Origin: Chiloscyllium plagiosum
Lineage: Eukaryota
NCBI RefSeq assembly: GCF_004010195.1
Contig: NC_057718.1
Coordinates: 29,351,206-29,415,205 of the forward strand
Length of the DNA: 64,000 nucleotides
Reading direction: 5' to 3'
Below are positions 26,015 through 40,066 of the stretch, piece after piece (within the stretch, counting starts at the first letter, position 1; the number at the start of each line of letters is the position of its first letter). Below the pieces are notes generated by a model. That model ran no database searches. It was not told the origin of the DNA and saw only the letters and a program-made list of their open reading frames with translations. The position numbers and the translations under genes are program-made.

Positions 26015-27031
26015 CTGATAGTAAAAACAAGAGGCAATTATTAAAATATACATTACCTAGAATATCCAAATTACATACAATACTGTAAGATTAAAATTTG
26101 ATTTCTCACAAAGAATTTTAAATTTAATAAAAATAATTCAAAAAAGATTTATTCTTGTCAACATACACAATATTAAGATAAAACTGTACTATAAAGACTC
26201 ATTAGTTCCATCTCAGTATAGAATGAAATATAATTTCGAAGTTGTGACCAATCACTGTGGGCTCAGAGTAACATCCAACTAACCTTTTATTATACTTGGA
26301 TTTACTGCTCTCGATTACGGGGGAATCCCACAAAATATTTACAATGCCATTTGACCCTTGGTGCTTCCCTGGATTTCCAAATTAACATCTCACCCAGAGC
26401 CATTCTCCTGCCTTCTCCTGTAACCCTGCACATTCTTCCTTCGCAAATTATCATCTAACTGCAATTTGAATATCTCTTTTGAACCCGCCTCCATCACAAT
26501 CTCAGGCAGTGAATTCCAGACCCCAAAAACATTCACTCTATGAAGAAGTTTTCCTCATATCACTTTCACTGCTTTTACTAATTATTTTAAATCTGTGCCC
26601 TTTCTTCAGTTCTTTCATGCGTGGGGATATTTTCTCTTTATCCGTTCCATCCTACTCTGTCATGATTTTGAATACTTCAATTAAATCTCCTCTCAGCTTC
26701 TCACCAAGGCAAAACAGACCCAGTTTCTTTCGAATCACCTTCATAACTGAGATTAAACTATTTTGTAATCACATCCAGGTAGTTTTTGCATAAATATCGT
26801 ATAAACCATTCTATCAGATGATTGCTTGTAGTCAAACTTGGTATTCATTATTTTCTTTTTAAAACATCTGAACTTATTAATTAAATGCCCCAAGAGCAGA
26901 AAATGCAAGATCTTCCTATAGCACATTTTAATAGGAGTGTTACACAAATGTGTGTGTGTTAACATCACAGTTTACAATTGCATGGTATTAAAGCAAAGTT
27001 GGATTAAAATTATATTTAGACATGGTTTTAC

Positions 27032-27164
27032 TAGGATCTTGGAGAAGTTGTGCTGCTATAGAGACCCGACGTCTTTCACCACCAGAAATCCCCCGAAAAA
27101 TGCGACCTCCAATTACATGATTGGCCACATGACTCAGACTGAGCTCCAACATTACAGACTGCAC
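27032..27164 (-). CDS. ABCG5: ABCG5 exon 5 (ABC signature)
   Basis: [44 protein letters not shown]; 133 nt. Confidence 0.97.
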
Positions 27165-28089
27165 CTGCAATAACAAGAATATATTGTTTATTAATGCATT
27201 TTTCATTGTGTTTGAATTTTGTCAAACCTTAGATTTGTAATATATTTACCAGGCAAATTGGAATTTTAAGTCACCAAAATGCAAATAGCATAGAACCAAA
27301 GAAAGTAGCCCAAACCAAGAGATATTATGACAAAGAATGCTACCTATTTTTTCTCTCAACCATGTTAGTAAATATAATTATTCAACAAATTGATGCAGAA
27401 TTAAAATCCACAGCATTTCTCACAGATGGTCAGAGAAGGTATAAAAAAGCTTGATGCTACAATTTGTTTCAAGCACTGAGGCCACAATGTTGCTGGAGCT
27501 AGGGGTACAAAGCTAAAAGTCTTCAAAATGTCAGAAACAACACCTCCTGCTATTCCCACCACGGCCCACACATGCAGCTCATCCTGATATGGACAGCATG
27601 GGAGTGTAGAGCATGTGTCTAATGTTTTAAGAGCTGACAGTCAGTAATATCAAGCAACCTCCAAACTTATTCTGATGTGCATTCTGCAAAACTGCACGGC
27701 ACAAGTCCACAGAACATGTCCAATTACAAGGAATCCCCTAGAAGCACTATTTAAAATGACAGCTATCCAACTTGCAGGTGAAATCCTTTTGATCTGCCTT
27801 TGCTCTTGCAAAGTTTGTGGAAAAATACTGCAGTTTGTTCTGGGTGGAGTTTGTTATTCATGCATCCTGACAGGGAGGACAGATGAACTGCATCCTATAT
27901 TTTGTATCCTGAAAGTCTTCCCCATTTATGGAAGCTGCAATTGCAGTCTCTCCTGGTCTCTTATTAGACAAAATGGTGTAACCAAGAGAGGAATCTCTGT
28001 TCAGAGGGAGATGTGGAGAGCTCTCCACAGAAGGCCCTGACCACCAAGGATCTTCAAAGAGAAAATGTTTTACTCCATATAAAATATAA

Positions 28090-28560
28090 GCAATGTTTGA
28101 GGCACCTATAATTCAACTGATGAGAACAACATTATCAGTAACCATCAAGATCACAATTGTTCTCAACATCTACATAACTGAATCCTTCCAGGTGAAAGCA
28201 GCTTATATTGCTAACATTTCCCAGTTTACAAGTTTCTAATAGGTGACATCAGGACAGGAGGTGTCATCATTGCCCAGTAACAAGGATGCATAGGCACGTG
28301 GCTTTGCCAGGTTAGTGGGATTCCCAATGGTGGAGGGAGCATTGACTGCACCAGTGTGGCTTTGCGGGCTCTATGTTCAAACTGGGAAATGTATTGGAAT
28401 CACTCAGCAATAAGTAGTTGTTATGCAACCATACCAGGACTATCAGGTCAGTCAATGGCTATTATCTGACAGCTGCAATCCTTAGGCAGTCTGCCATTAC
28501 CATCATCTTTGAATTATCATGAAGAACCAGAGATTGGCAACTTGGAGACAAGGGATGAGT
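28090..28560 (+). mobile_element. Decayed PIF/Harbinger (HARBI1-like) transposase
   Basis: TLSVTIKITIVLNIYITESFQ...ISQ (28129-), GFARLVGFPMVEG/IDCTSVA (28300-28361, frameshift), WQLGDKG* (28535-28558). Confidence 0.7.
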
Positions 28561-30170
28561 CTGATACACATGACTCGTTTGTCATTTGCCACAGGATCCA
28601 CAGTTTGGGATGGTGGTCAGGAAGAGCTCATCTCTAAAGTTTTATCCAAATTTGTGGTTATCTGTCATGTCCCCCCAAAACCTCACTATGATTAGGGTAG
28701 AAAACCTGCAAACACAGAGTCTAGAGGAAGGAGGAGGGAGAGTGGACAGGGAGAAGGCATGCAGGAACCCTTCTCTGGATGGACTATCTAATTAGGTGAA
28801 TGCCTAAAAGCACTCAAGTTGCCTGAGGGCATCATTCCATCACCACCATTGTTCCACAATTCCCTATTTTTCAATCTTTTCATGCCTTACTCTCAGCCAA
28901 AGTCTCACATAAAAGTCATATACAGAAAACCCTTTTTCAAATAGGTTTATTTAATTGCACATCTGAAAATATACCCAAAACTATGCTATTCCACCTTGTG
29001 CATTTCCTTGGCATCTTATTTGCCTGTGGTGCCTTCACATGTCATATTGTTCCTCAGCAATGCTACACAAGTGTAATAGATGTGTATCTGCAAGAGCTGT
29101 CATACAGTCGGCTTCAAGGTTTTGGTGGCTCAGAGAATAATTGGGCATCTGATTGAAGGAACAATCTATGACAGCTCTTGCTGAGCCAGTGATCCAGTAT
29201 CTGGTGCCCACTGTCTCAGTTTCCACAGCAACACCAGCAGGAAAAACCCTATATGCCAGTGCTGGAGTGGAAACTTAGACAGAGGTAAAGAAATCAGACT
29301 CAGATTGCTGGTACCATTGCTACAGAGCTCAGCTGAGAAGGTAATCCAGCAATCTGTCTTTCAGCAGTGTACTAGGGGTTATATGGAGCATGAAACTGCT
29401 ATCTTCTTTCAGCATGGCAACAGTCGTGCTACCATCACTGCACGTTTACAAGTACCCTCACTATTATCTGTCAGTCAGCCAGTTGGTTAGTATGGCAGCT
29501 AATCACTGGAAGATTCATTAAGGGCAGATATTCTTTAATAATTTAAAGTCATTTACACTATAAGTTTATTATTGTTCTTTATAACTGAAATTTCTCATCC
29601 CTGGGACCATTCAAAGGGGAACCGCCATAAATCATGTTTGCTCCAGACACCTGTGTACCCTGCTCTTTCCCCCTCCACCCCCAAGTGACCCTCACCCTGT
29701 GATTCCCTCCCAACCCCCTAATCCTGCCCTCACTCACTTTGACCCAATGGCCACAATGATCTCAGGTTTCTGCTGGGTGCAGTGCCACCAACTGTCACAG
29801 TTCTATTGGTATTGATGATGAGGAGGAGCTTTCATGCTGATGGAGCATGAAACTGCTATCCTCTTTCAGACCATCAGCACCCTGCATCAATCATGGGAAG
29901 CGGAGGGTAACTTCAGTACCAGGAGGAAATGGATTCCTTTAGATCTTCCCAAATTAATGACAGCAGCCCCCATTAATTCTCCAACCAGTAGGTGAAACCT
30001 TATCAGCCCCACAGAATCCCAATCATTATTTTTTTGCAATCAAAAGGCCTTCACTAAACAGTCATGTTATGAAAAAGGTTTTACATTAACCATACTAAAA
30101 TCTAAATTTCTTGCAACCGACATCTGCAGAGTACCTTGTTTAGCCCAGATTCAGAAAAAGCAAACTGTAC

Positions 30171-30266
30171 CTTTCTTTTGATGGCATTAGAATGTCCACG
30201 TAGTGCTAGTAAAGCTGTATAAATCAGGGTCTCTTCCACAGTGAGGTAGCTGAGTAAATTGTCACT
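30171..30266 (-). CDS. ABCG5: ABCG5 exon 4
   Basis: SDNLLSYLTVEETLIYTALLALRGHSNAIKRK; 96 nt, AG/GT boundaries. Confidence 0.95.
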
Positions 30267-32899
30267 CTGCAAAACAAAAAGAATGAGTCTTAAAAATTAA
30301 GTGTGGCAAGAAAGAATATGTTCTTCTGTCCCTGAGAAGTGATTTGTGGCATGTATGTGTTTGTGCGTGAAATGGGGAATGAGTGGTAGAGGGTCAGAGA
30401 GGTTGGCTGCAGGAGGAGGAATTTATAGTACACGTGTGGCAGCAGTCTGCCATTAGTATCTTGCCCAAGAAGCGAGTCTTTCAGTGTGGCTATGTTGTGC
30501 TAGTTTGAATAGTGGACACCAGTAAGTTATTCAAATGCAAAATACCATTACTAACAAGCCTCAGTAGATATCCACTCAAATCTATATTCTCCATTATAAG
30601 TTACTGGGCAATCATTTGCAAGAGCTGTTGATTTTTCTCCTTTTTTTTTAAATGATCACAAATACTTGCTGTTGCCCTCTATATCTTGTTATGAGTGAGA
30701 ACAACAATCCTGGCACCAGCAACATGTATTTAGCAAGAGTTTTATTTGTGCCTTTTTTTAAAAAAATACTCTATATATGTATTATGTAACCTAAAACAGT
30801 TCAATAATTTTTCAGGAATATGAAGACCACTTCAACATCATAATCTTTTGTGAAATGATCTGTTGTAAGATAACTCATTAATGGTAAAGTATTTCCTTTA
30901 TTTTATACTTGTGATCATCTGTATAATCTAAACAATTTCTGTGAAAGGTATATAATATGCCTAAAAAAGAAAACTAGGTTCATTCAGAGATCAGGATTCA
31001 GTTAGTTTCAAAATGCAATAGCCTAAAAAACAGATGATATGTCTGCAGTATATCCAAGGATGGAAGCAAGCCATTCCATTCAAAGACAGGACTTAGTGCT
31101 TGAACATATGTTCTAGTGCGAGCTCTATCATAATTTATAAAGTAAATGTTTAAATTTTCTTTGTTAACAGTCAAATCCTGAAAGTATATCTAAGCCTTTC
31201 AACCTCTGATTGGATTCATCTAAACCCAGACAGATATAAATAGATCTGAAAATCTGAAAACAATCAAGCAACTGTAAACATCAAAGTCCTTGGTCTCCGT
31301 ATACATCAAAGTACATTCTCAGCCAAGTTCAAACCCTCAAACCCATTACCAATCTATCAATTAAGTCATTTCTTGCAGGTTGGAAAATATTTAGCATTTG
31401 AGTAGTGGCAGCCCATAACTGAAATCAGAAGTTCACCATATCTTCCCAACTCAACACTGTGTTTGGACTCCCGATTACATCAGCTTGAGATTTTCTATAT
31501 CTTTGAACAGTGTGCAAATTTTGACAGTCACCTACAAAAATGAAAAATTCACACAGTTGACTTGTTCTTTTCTAATACAATGATCCTTACACAATTGTGA
31601 CATCACAAATATCACTTCAGCTTCATAATTCAACAAAATGCATTCTTGAACTGGCGTTCTCAATTAATCACTGATTATTTTGTCACGTGTACAGGTCATG
31701 AAGATCATAAATTGTACTAAAGACACAACTTTTGTTTTATATATGAAAATGAACTTTGGAATGTTCAAATGAAGAATGGACTGATAGTTAACATTTCAAT
31801 CCTATGACCACTGCTTGTCATGAATCACATGATGCAAATTGGCAGTAATTTCAGGAAGGATTTTAATCTACAGATATCAGGGCAGCACTTGGGCATCATC
31901 CTCCCAAAATATCTCACCCTTGTATTATGTGGACCTTGCAGTCCACAACCACTAGAAAGAACAGCTGGTTCTCAACAAAGGGGAGTTATTGAAAGTCATC
32001 ACCTTGAAGTAGCTCTAATGGCTTAACAAACAAGTCATGGCTGGAGAGCTAGAAACGGATTGTTACATAGGAACCAACACATTAATTTGAAATGGTTTCA
32101 TCCAGGTATCAAATCTCATGGTGTTTGGTTTTGTACCTCACAGGAATAGCAAGCAAGAAATTAAGCTCTGCTATTATTAGATTTGTTTTGTATTTAATAA
32201 GGACATTACTTATTACAAATAATTAGGTTCTAGCTACAGGTAAACAATTAAACTGCTGAACTATACTTCATCTACTTAAAATTCTAACCCCCTCATTTAA
32301 ACCTTCCCTTCACATTATTGATAAATATAAAACTGGTGTTATGGATGGAAAGACTGAGGAGACCATTCAATGGTTTCTGTCCAGAGTTCACTGAGATTAA
32401 TTGTTTGACTTGGCAGGCCTGCTATTTGATCATCTCTCTCGTCATTATTCCAGAAGGCACAGAATGACTGGTTAACAACTTATAAAGTCTATGATTTATT
32501 GGTTAAAAGCAACTAATGACAGTAAATAAATTGGCTTTCCTTAGACTTTAATAGCAGACAATAAAGACAGCACCTTCCTTTGCACAGGTCCAAATGCTTC
32601 TTACCAATCATTCACACTCTCAAGCTGTTCAACGACCTGGGAGCCAATCACATAGTTGCTGGCAGGCAGAAGGCCTTTATCATTGACAATTGGTCACCAC
32701 CTTACAGACTAATCAGTTACTTGTTGTCAGTTGAAACTCATTTTGAATATGAAAGAGAAAGCCAAGTTAAGGAGCCCATTAGTGCCCAAGTGCTAGTATC
32801 CCCTACTCTGGACCAAGAGACCCAAGGTTCAAGTCCTACCTGCTCCAGAGATGTGTAGTGATATCTTTGATCAGGTTGATTAGAAAATTAGTTTTAAAA

Positions 32900-33060
32900 A
32901 GAAGAAAGCATAGTTAACATTTTGGTCCTATGACCCTGTTCTGTAGAAGGGTCCCTTGATCCGAACGTTATCTCTGTTTTCTCTTGACAGATGCTGCCAG
33001 GTCTGCTGGAGTCTTCCCAGCAATTTCTGTTTCTGTTTTGGTTTCTGATTTGCAGCTCTT
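32900..33060. mobile_element. Old PLE-like short element with degenerate hammerhead-like core
   Basis: ctgtagaagggtcccttgatccgaacgtt followed by cagatgctgccaggtctgctg, homologous to the 21093, 23250 and 38240 elements. Confidence 0.5.
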
Positions 33061-34001
33061 TGGTTTTTTTTTCTCATTTTGTATATACTCCCTTGATCTA
33101 ACTTACGTGCAACTAAATTTACCCCACTGTCTGAATGAACAAAAGTGCAAACAGTACTTACATAAGTGCTTGTAGCTTGCTTTTGAAAAGTGCAGCTATC
33201 ACTTCTAAAATGCTAGATCTTTGTAAACTAAACTGGGAAAAGGACTTCTCAATCAGAAATGTGGTAACATGAAAAGATATGGTCTGTATGTTGAAAAAAT
33301 ATTTAATTGTAATTTCTGAACTGCTTTACGACAGTTTGTTAAGAAGTATCTTGTGTTAATATTGATGGCACTAAGTTGCAACTTGTAAACTTTTCACTGT
33401 AGTCATGTGAGTACATGTGACAATAAAGCTAACTTACAGCCAAGCTCCAGATTTATGAAAGACTAAAACTCCTTCAAAAGTTACAGATGAAACTTTGTAT
33501 CCATCTGACTGCTTTCAGAAACTTCAAAAGAAATTATACAACTTCAGCCAACTTCATCCTTTAATGCCTACGGAAATGAACTTCATTGGATGCTGACTTT
33601 CTGGATCCAATCAAAAACCATAAGAATAATTTAAAACTCAAAAATATGGACATCCACTCATCACCATCAAATTCTTCCTTTTTTCTCATAATAATGCAAT
33701 CAGGGGCAGAAGAGCTGCACTCTAATCAACCAGTCTGGCAGCTTGCTGGCCCAAAGGCCTGAAGTTAAAAATGTCGCGCAAGATGGATCTCTTTTGTCGT
33801 GAGAAAAAGAGGCTACAGGATGATCTAACAGATTTTTTTTTAAATTATGAAAGGTTTTATTCAATGGATATTAAAAACAAATCAGTTCTATACATGAAAA
33901 CATATGCATGTAGAAAGGTTTGCATACATAAATCAAAATGTTACAATAGAATATATTTGTTACATGGTTACAATTAAAGTTATTTACTGCAGTATTATTA
34001 C

Positions 34002-34138
34002 CTGTAATACATATGAAAAACAGTCATGGAATTCTTCTTTTCTAAGTTTGCAGCCATTCACATATACATCACCAAGTAGGTTTGCTTGCTTACTTAATCT
34101 TCCGGCAATTGCATCCAACAAAGTGGTCTTTCCAGATC
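34002..34138 (-). CDS. ABCG5: ABCG5 exon 3 (Walker A, Q-loop)
   Basis: (G)[45 protein letters not shown]; 137 nt. Confidence 0.96.
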
Positions 34139-35590
34139 CTAAGATATAACAGCATAATCACGGCACATTTGCAGAATGTTTTAGTTTTATGCAGTACAAT
34201 AAACACTTAAATTCCATATGCACATCACATATCCAAGCAATGATACCCCTGAGTGTAGTAGTGCCTGATGCCATTCCTGACTATTAGACAAAGACGTTCA
34301 GCTCCAAACTGCAGTCGATACTGAGTTAGTTGATCAGAGCCAATTTGGCAATGGACTATATTAGTTGGTAACAGCACTTAAGCACTGCAGAAGATGGCTG
34401 TGAAAGTATAATCAAAACATCTCGCATGGAATTAAGGGATACGGGGAGAGTGCAGGTAAGTGGCATTGAAATGCCCATCAGCCATGACTGAATGGTGGAG
34501 TGGACTTGATGGACCGAATGCCTTACTTCCACTCCTATGTCTTGTGCTCTTATGGTCTAAATCTTTTCCATGAGGGTAGTCTTTCCACTTTAAACATAAT
34601 CAGAGATCCAGGGCTAAACTGTATTTAAAATTTGTGAAAGTTTTCAGAAGTGAATTTTTTCATTCAAATGCTCAAACTAATTTTAGTCATTTGTTTTAGT
34701 TTTAGTTATTTATTTTAATTTTAGTTAGTTAGTTTATTCACATGCTCAAACTAATTTGCATATCTTCAAATGTAAACTCTTGCATGAACCAGCACAAATT
34801 AAACATTAAGTATTTTAAAGAATGGTATTGGAAAATATTCTCTGATATGTTTAAGAGTTGCAATCTGGGACAGTTATTAATTCAGCTGAAAATAAGTTTA
34901 TCACAAATAATAATTTTTTTCTCTCAGAGAATATGATCCATAAGTAATGAAAATCATCTTTGAAAAATTATACAGAACCATTTAATAGTTTAATTGTTGT
35001 CAGTGATCAATTTCTTGGTAAATTTAGGTATTTTCTTTAAAACTTAAAATACTTTCAAATGTGCCTTAGTGCTTTTGCATCCAAATAAAATGTTAATTTC
35101 AACAGTCTTTTCTAAGACCTACATATGGGATTAACAGAAAATCACAACAATGATTAACTCTATCTGGTGCACACTAATTTATTGGATTTACTTCCACAAA
35201 ATGGTTTTTAAACTAGCACAAAAGATTGTGGAAACTCAAGTTGCACTGAATGTAATTTCTGTTTCTCATTTCTCAAGATTTTGCATTAGTTTGATCAATT
35301 TTGGGCAAACTTCACTTAAAACAAAGTAAGCCTAGCGAAAATTGCAAGTCAGCATCTTTAACAGGTGTTCCTGCGTCCATTACCCCATCCTAGCTTCCCA
35401 CCACCCAACTCCTTTAAAATCCACAGTCTAGAGAGTTGGGTTAAAAGGCTCTGAGCTGGCTGTGATAACTGAATGGTTAGTCAACATCATGGCCTAAGAT
35501 ACTACATAAATAATTACCATTTTGTTACAACAGCAGAGGGTTTGTAGCATGCACCATGAACAAAACTTTCAGCATCTATGCATTACTTAC

Positions 35591-35712
35591 CAGAGTTTCC
35601 TAAAATTCCCATTAGTTGTCCACTTTCCACGTAAAATGAGACATCCTTCAAGATATGTCTGGTCCACTTTGTATGGTATGCCTGAACATCCCACCAAGGC
35701 CCAACTTTCTCA
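35591..35712 (-). CDS. ABCG5: ABCG5 exon 2
   Basis: (S)[40 protein letters not shown](G); 122 nt. Confidence 0.96.
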
Positions 35713-36044
35713 CTACAATATTAAAAATGAAACATTGAGTAATCAGAAGCATAAAGAAGTTGTTAGAATTTTCCAATTTCTATATTTACATTATTTTCAA
35801 ATATATTTTTCCCACAATACCAGATGATACAAATTAGGTTAGGGGCTAAATATTGCAGTATTCATCCTTCCTGATCTCTGTATTGTGATGTGACTGGTTG
35901 TTTATTTCAATTGTTTTGTGAATTTTGTGTTCACCCACATGAGGAATTTAGCACCAGAGATTGGGACAGTTCACAATGTTAGCAACCAGGGAGAGTATTC
36001 CTAGTCAGACATGAATATTTAGTTGCAAAGCTAAGCCCTTTCCT

Positions 36045-36290
36045 TCATAGAATTCCTACAGTGTGGAAATAGGCCATTCAGCTCAACACGCCCACCCAAA
36101 CTCACCTCCCTAGCCTATCCTTGTAACCCTGCATTTGCTAAATCCATCTAACCTACATATCTTTGGATGGTGGGAGGAAACCCACACAGACACAGGGAGA
36201 GTGTGCAAACTCCACACAGACAGTTGCCTGAGGTGAAATTGAATCTGGGTCTCTGGCACTGTCAGGCAATAGTTTTAACCACTGAGCTGA
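36045..36290 (-). mobile_element. Diverged V-SINE (HE1-like)
   Basis: gtgcaaactccacacagacagttgcctgag matches the other SINE copies. Confidence 0.75.
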
Positions 36291-38239
36291 ATGAGAGATT
36301 TTTCCATTTCCTATGTATCACTCAAAATAAAATTCCTCACCTGCTGCCAATGTTTGGTTAATTTTACATTAATTCTGTATTACCTGCATTTGTATATGGA
36401 AACTCATTGCAGACAGCAAATTAAGGTATCCATCAATTAACTGGGTGAGCATGTGCTCATTTTATGGCCCAGATTTTGCAATCAGTGGTGAAAGAATAGC
36501 ACTCAGTTTTCATTAAGCTGCCCACAGGGCTTTCACAAGCTTCTGATTATAAGTAGCAAACTAATCCAGCAGAATGTCCTCAAAATGGGTCTGTGGGACA
36601 TTTAAGACCTTCAACTTATCTGACTAAAACATTTTCTCTGAGACTTGCAGAGTTTAAGCTAGGAAATCTGAACTGTGAATTATAAACTAAATGTGTAATA
36701 AAATCTTGTCAAGCCAGAAAAAAAATTGGAAAATGAATAGTGTTACACCTCACTGGGATAGCATGCTATTCCTGGATTTTATCGATACATGCAAAATGCC
36801 TCTGTTTGTTTACTTTTAGTCTCAGACTTACAAAAAGCACAAACCAGATTTCTATACTTAATAAGAACTTTTTTTAAAAAATAAATAGATTTTATCTATA
36901 GATAAGCAATTATGATCATCAATATATAATTCTACTAGTTAAATTCTAACCCTGTAATAAACTCCACCTTTCATACACAGATGGGGGAAAAACTTGGGTG
37001 TTATGGGAAAAGGGAAAGACAGTGGAACAGTTCTTGTTCAATGGGTTCACTGAGATGGTTCTTTTGGCTTGCCGGAATGCATTGCTTTGTGAACCTGCTT
37101 CTGTTACACACTGGCAATGCCTCTAGCTTTTAAGAACCACGGCAACTGCTGAAGGAAATTGAAACTGGCTTTCTTCAGGCTCAAGGTGGTTTCTACTGCA
37201 GAGAGAAGAGATGCTTCCTGACTTTGTGAAGACATGATAGCTTCTCCCTATCTTGCTCACAGTCCAAGGCAGTTCAGCTATCTGGGAGACAAACACAGTT
37301 GTTGGTTGGCAAAACGCCTTTGTCAACAATAACTGGTCACTTGTCCATGGACCAAACAGATACTTGTTGTCAGCTGGAACTCCATTTGTGTGCACCCACT
37401 GGTATCAGTTCATCTGAAGTAACCTTATCCCAGTGCTTGAAAACACAGTATAAACAGCACTACAATTAATGCCAGGGTACTTGTTATTTTTTTTAAAAGT
37501 GCAACAATCTTTAAAATAGTTCTTTTCTAATTGCAGTCCACAATGAAAAATATAAGAAAATAAAAATACATGGTCTTTATAAGGAAATGGTAGAAGATAC
37601 ACAAGAACAAAAAAGATTTTTTATAAATCTCCAACAGTAATTAAATTCTAAAAAGAACGGGAATCCTCAACTACAAAATTAAACTTTTAGCACCCAGAGA
37701 GGTTACTACTTACCACATCATTAAAAATTTGCTTACACCTTGTGCACCAGCCTTCTCTTTTTCTGTTTCTGCCTTATTTAATAGATAATGACATGCCCTT
37801 ATATGGATATGAACATTGTGTCAATTGATGAGACATTGGACTAGTATAGCTTGTGGAGAAACAAGGTGACAAGTTTGGGATTTTTAGAATTAACTACATA
37901 TATGTGAGCTTCTGAACTTGCAGTCTGTTTTACTCCATAATAATGGCAAGTTCTGATAATCTCATCATTATTCTCAAAGCAAAATCTGCACTATCAGCGT
38001 AATAACCATTAATAAAATATGTTCTATGCTAAGAAGGGTGGTTTCACTTTTATTGGTAATGAAGAAGAGGAAACATTCAATCCCCCTAATGACCAGAACC
38101 CACACTACAGAACTAATTGAAAACTTCAGTTTTTTTTACAAAAATATGTCTCAAAACTTCAAAAAATTAAAAGTCATGTGTTGATGTCACAATAATGTCC
38201 CATCATTGGAGGGAATGTACAAAAGTATGAAATAATATG

Positions 38240-38325
38240 AACTGCTAGAAAAACTCAGCAGGTCTGGCATCATCTGTGGAGAGAAATTAGAGTTAACATT
38301 TCAGGTCCACCTTCTTCAGAACTTT
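38240..38325 (-). mobile_element. Old PLE-like short element with hammerhead-like core on the ABCG5 sense strand
   Basis: Minus strand 38323-38291 reads AGTT-CTGAAGA-AGGT-GG-ACCT-GAAA-TGTT-AACT. Confidence 0.5.
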
Positions 38326-39914
38326 TAATCAGGTGTCAAACCTGTGTAACAAAAAAGTTATTTCAATATAATATTGGAAAGACTTACACGACTTTAAGTT
38401 CTTGAAAAACAACCTTTTCTCCACATCCATTCCCAGCTCCCATCACTGTTTCACTCAGCTGTTTAAAACCTTGGCATCTCCCTCAGTCTTTAGGGTAGTT
38501 TCTAAACTCATATTCATTTCACCAGAGACCATTTACTGTACTTCTATTTCTGCAACAATGTCTGCCTCTGTTGCTTTTCTTGGTAGTCTTTCACTCTTCA
38601 CACTCTATAATTCCTAACTGACCAGACTTCTGATGTACAGATACTACTTACCCATCTTGTTGACCTATATTAGTTAGTTCCCATCTTTCACCTCTCATCC
38701 TTGCCTCATCTTACTGTCCATGTTGTGCACATTTGGTCAATGTCCATTTCTCTGACTCCAGCCTTTTGTACAACCTTTTTCCTACTTGCCAAATCATTGG
38801 CATAAGAAAACAAAATTCTCAAGGTACCTGTTCTCTGCACAGTTGCATGCATTTGTTATTATCTCATACAATATTTTGGTTCACATGAGAGGTGGGCTGG
38901 GTTAGCTTTTATTGTCCATCCCTGAATGCCCTGGAGAGGTTTGTGGTGAGTGGATGTCTTGAACCATCGCATTCATAGAGCTGTTAGGAAGGAATTTTCC
39001 TTAATGATTTTTTTTTAAAAAAGCTCCAGGTCAGGATGCTGTGTGACTTACAGGGGAACTTACAGGTAGTAATGTTCTTTTGCATCTGCTGTCTTTGTTC
39101 TTCTAAGTTCTGGTTTGGAAGGTGCTGTGAAGGAGGCTGGGTGAGATACTACATTGCATCTTGTAGATGGCACACTGCTACTACAGTGTGTTGGTGGTGA
39201 AGGAAGGGACCAATGAAGGTAGGTGGATGGGTTGCCAATCAAGTCGGCTGCTTTGATGCATGGTGTTGAGCTTGAAGATGAAAGCAAGTGGACAATTTTC
39301 CATCACTTACCTGACCTGTATTTGTAGACCATGGACAAGCATTGGGGAGACAAGAGGTATGTTACTCATCTCAGGATTCCTAGTTGCTGACCTGATCTTG
39401 TAGCCACAATATTCATGAGCCTGGTTCAGTTCAGTTTCTTGTCAATGATGACCCCTGTGATGCTGACAATGGGGGAATTCAGTGACACAGCATTAGTGCC
39501 ACTGGACAAGTAATTCAGAAACCTAGCCTAACGTTCTGGGATGTAATGAGTCGCACAAACAACAAATAACTTTTGAAGCAAAGTATATGTCTTCCCTCTA
39601 TTCTGGCAGCAGGCAAACTCTACACCCAAGTAGTGGCCCAGATGGCAATCATCCCTATACTAGCAGCTCGCACGCACACAACTTAGAAGGAAGGAAAGAT
39701 GGAAATTTGAAAGGAAGTCAGAAAATATTGGAAACAAGACAAGTAAATGTTAATCTGAAACGAACAGATGAATCTCACCCTTGGCGTTTGTTACTGAAAA
39801 GCACGCTTCACGCTGAAAGATTTTTTTTTCAGGTTATTGATATTTGAAAAACTGAAACTCCTCTGTCCGAACCCCGCCGTTTTTTGGAAACTAAACATGG
39901 GGGACTGTGTTTAC

Positions 39915-40066
39915 CTGACGGTGTAGTTGAGATGATTTACACAGATTGTGCAGGTCGCTCCTGTCTTCCCCGGTGAGTTTGACTTTTGACAGTCATAAGG
40001 CACGGTCCCGCTGTGGCGAAATTCCTCCTCCGCCCTAACACCACTACTTTCTTCTAAGCAGTTCAT
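39915..40066 (-). CDS. ABCG5: ABCG5 exon 1 (coding part)
   Basis: ATG at 40066; MNCLEESSGVRAEEEFRHSG...TICVNHLNYTV(S); gtaaac donor, phase 2 matches exon 2; the 13 exons total 1971 nt in frame. Confidence 0.88.
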
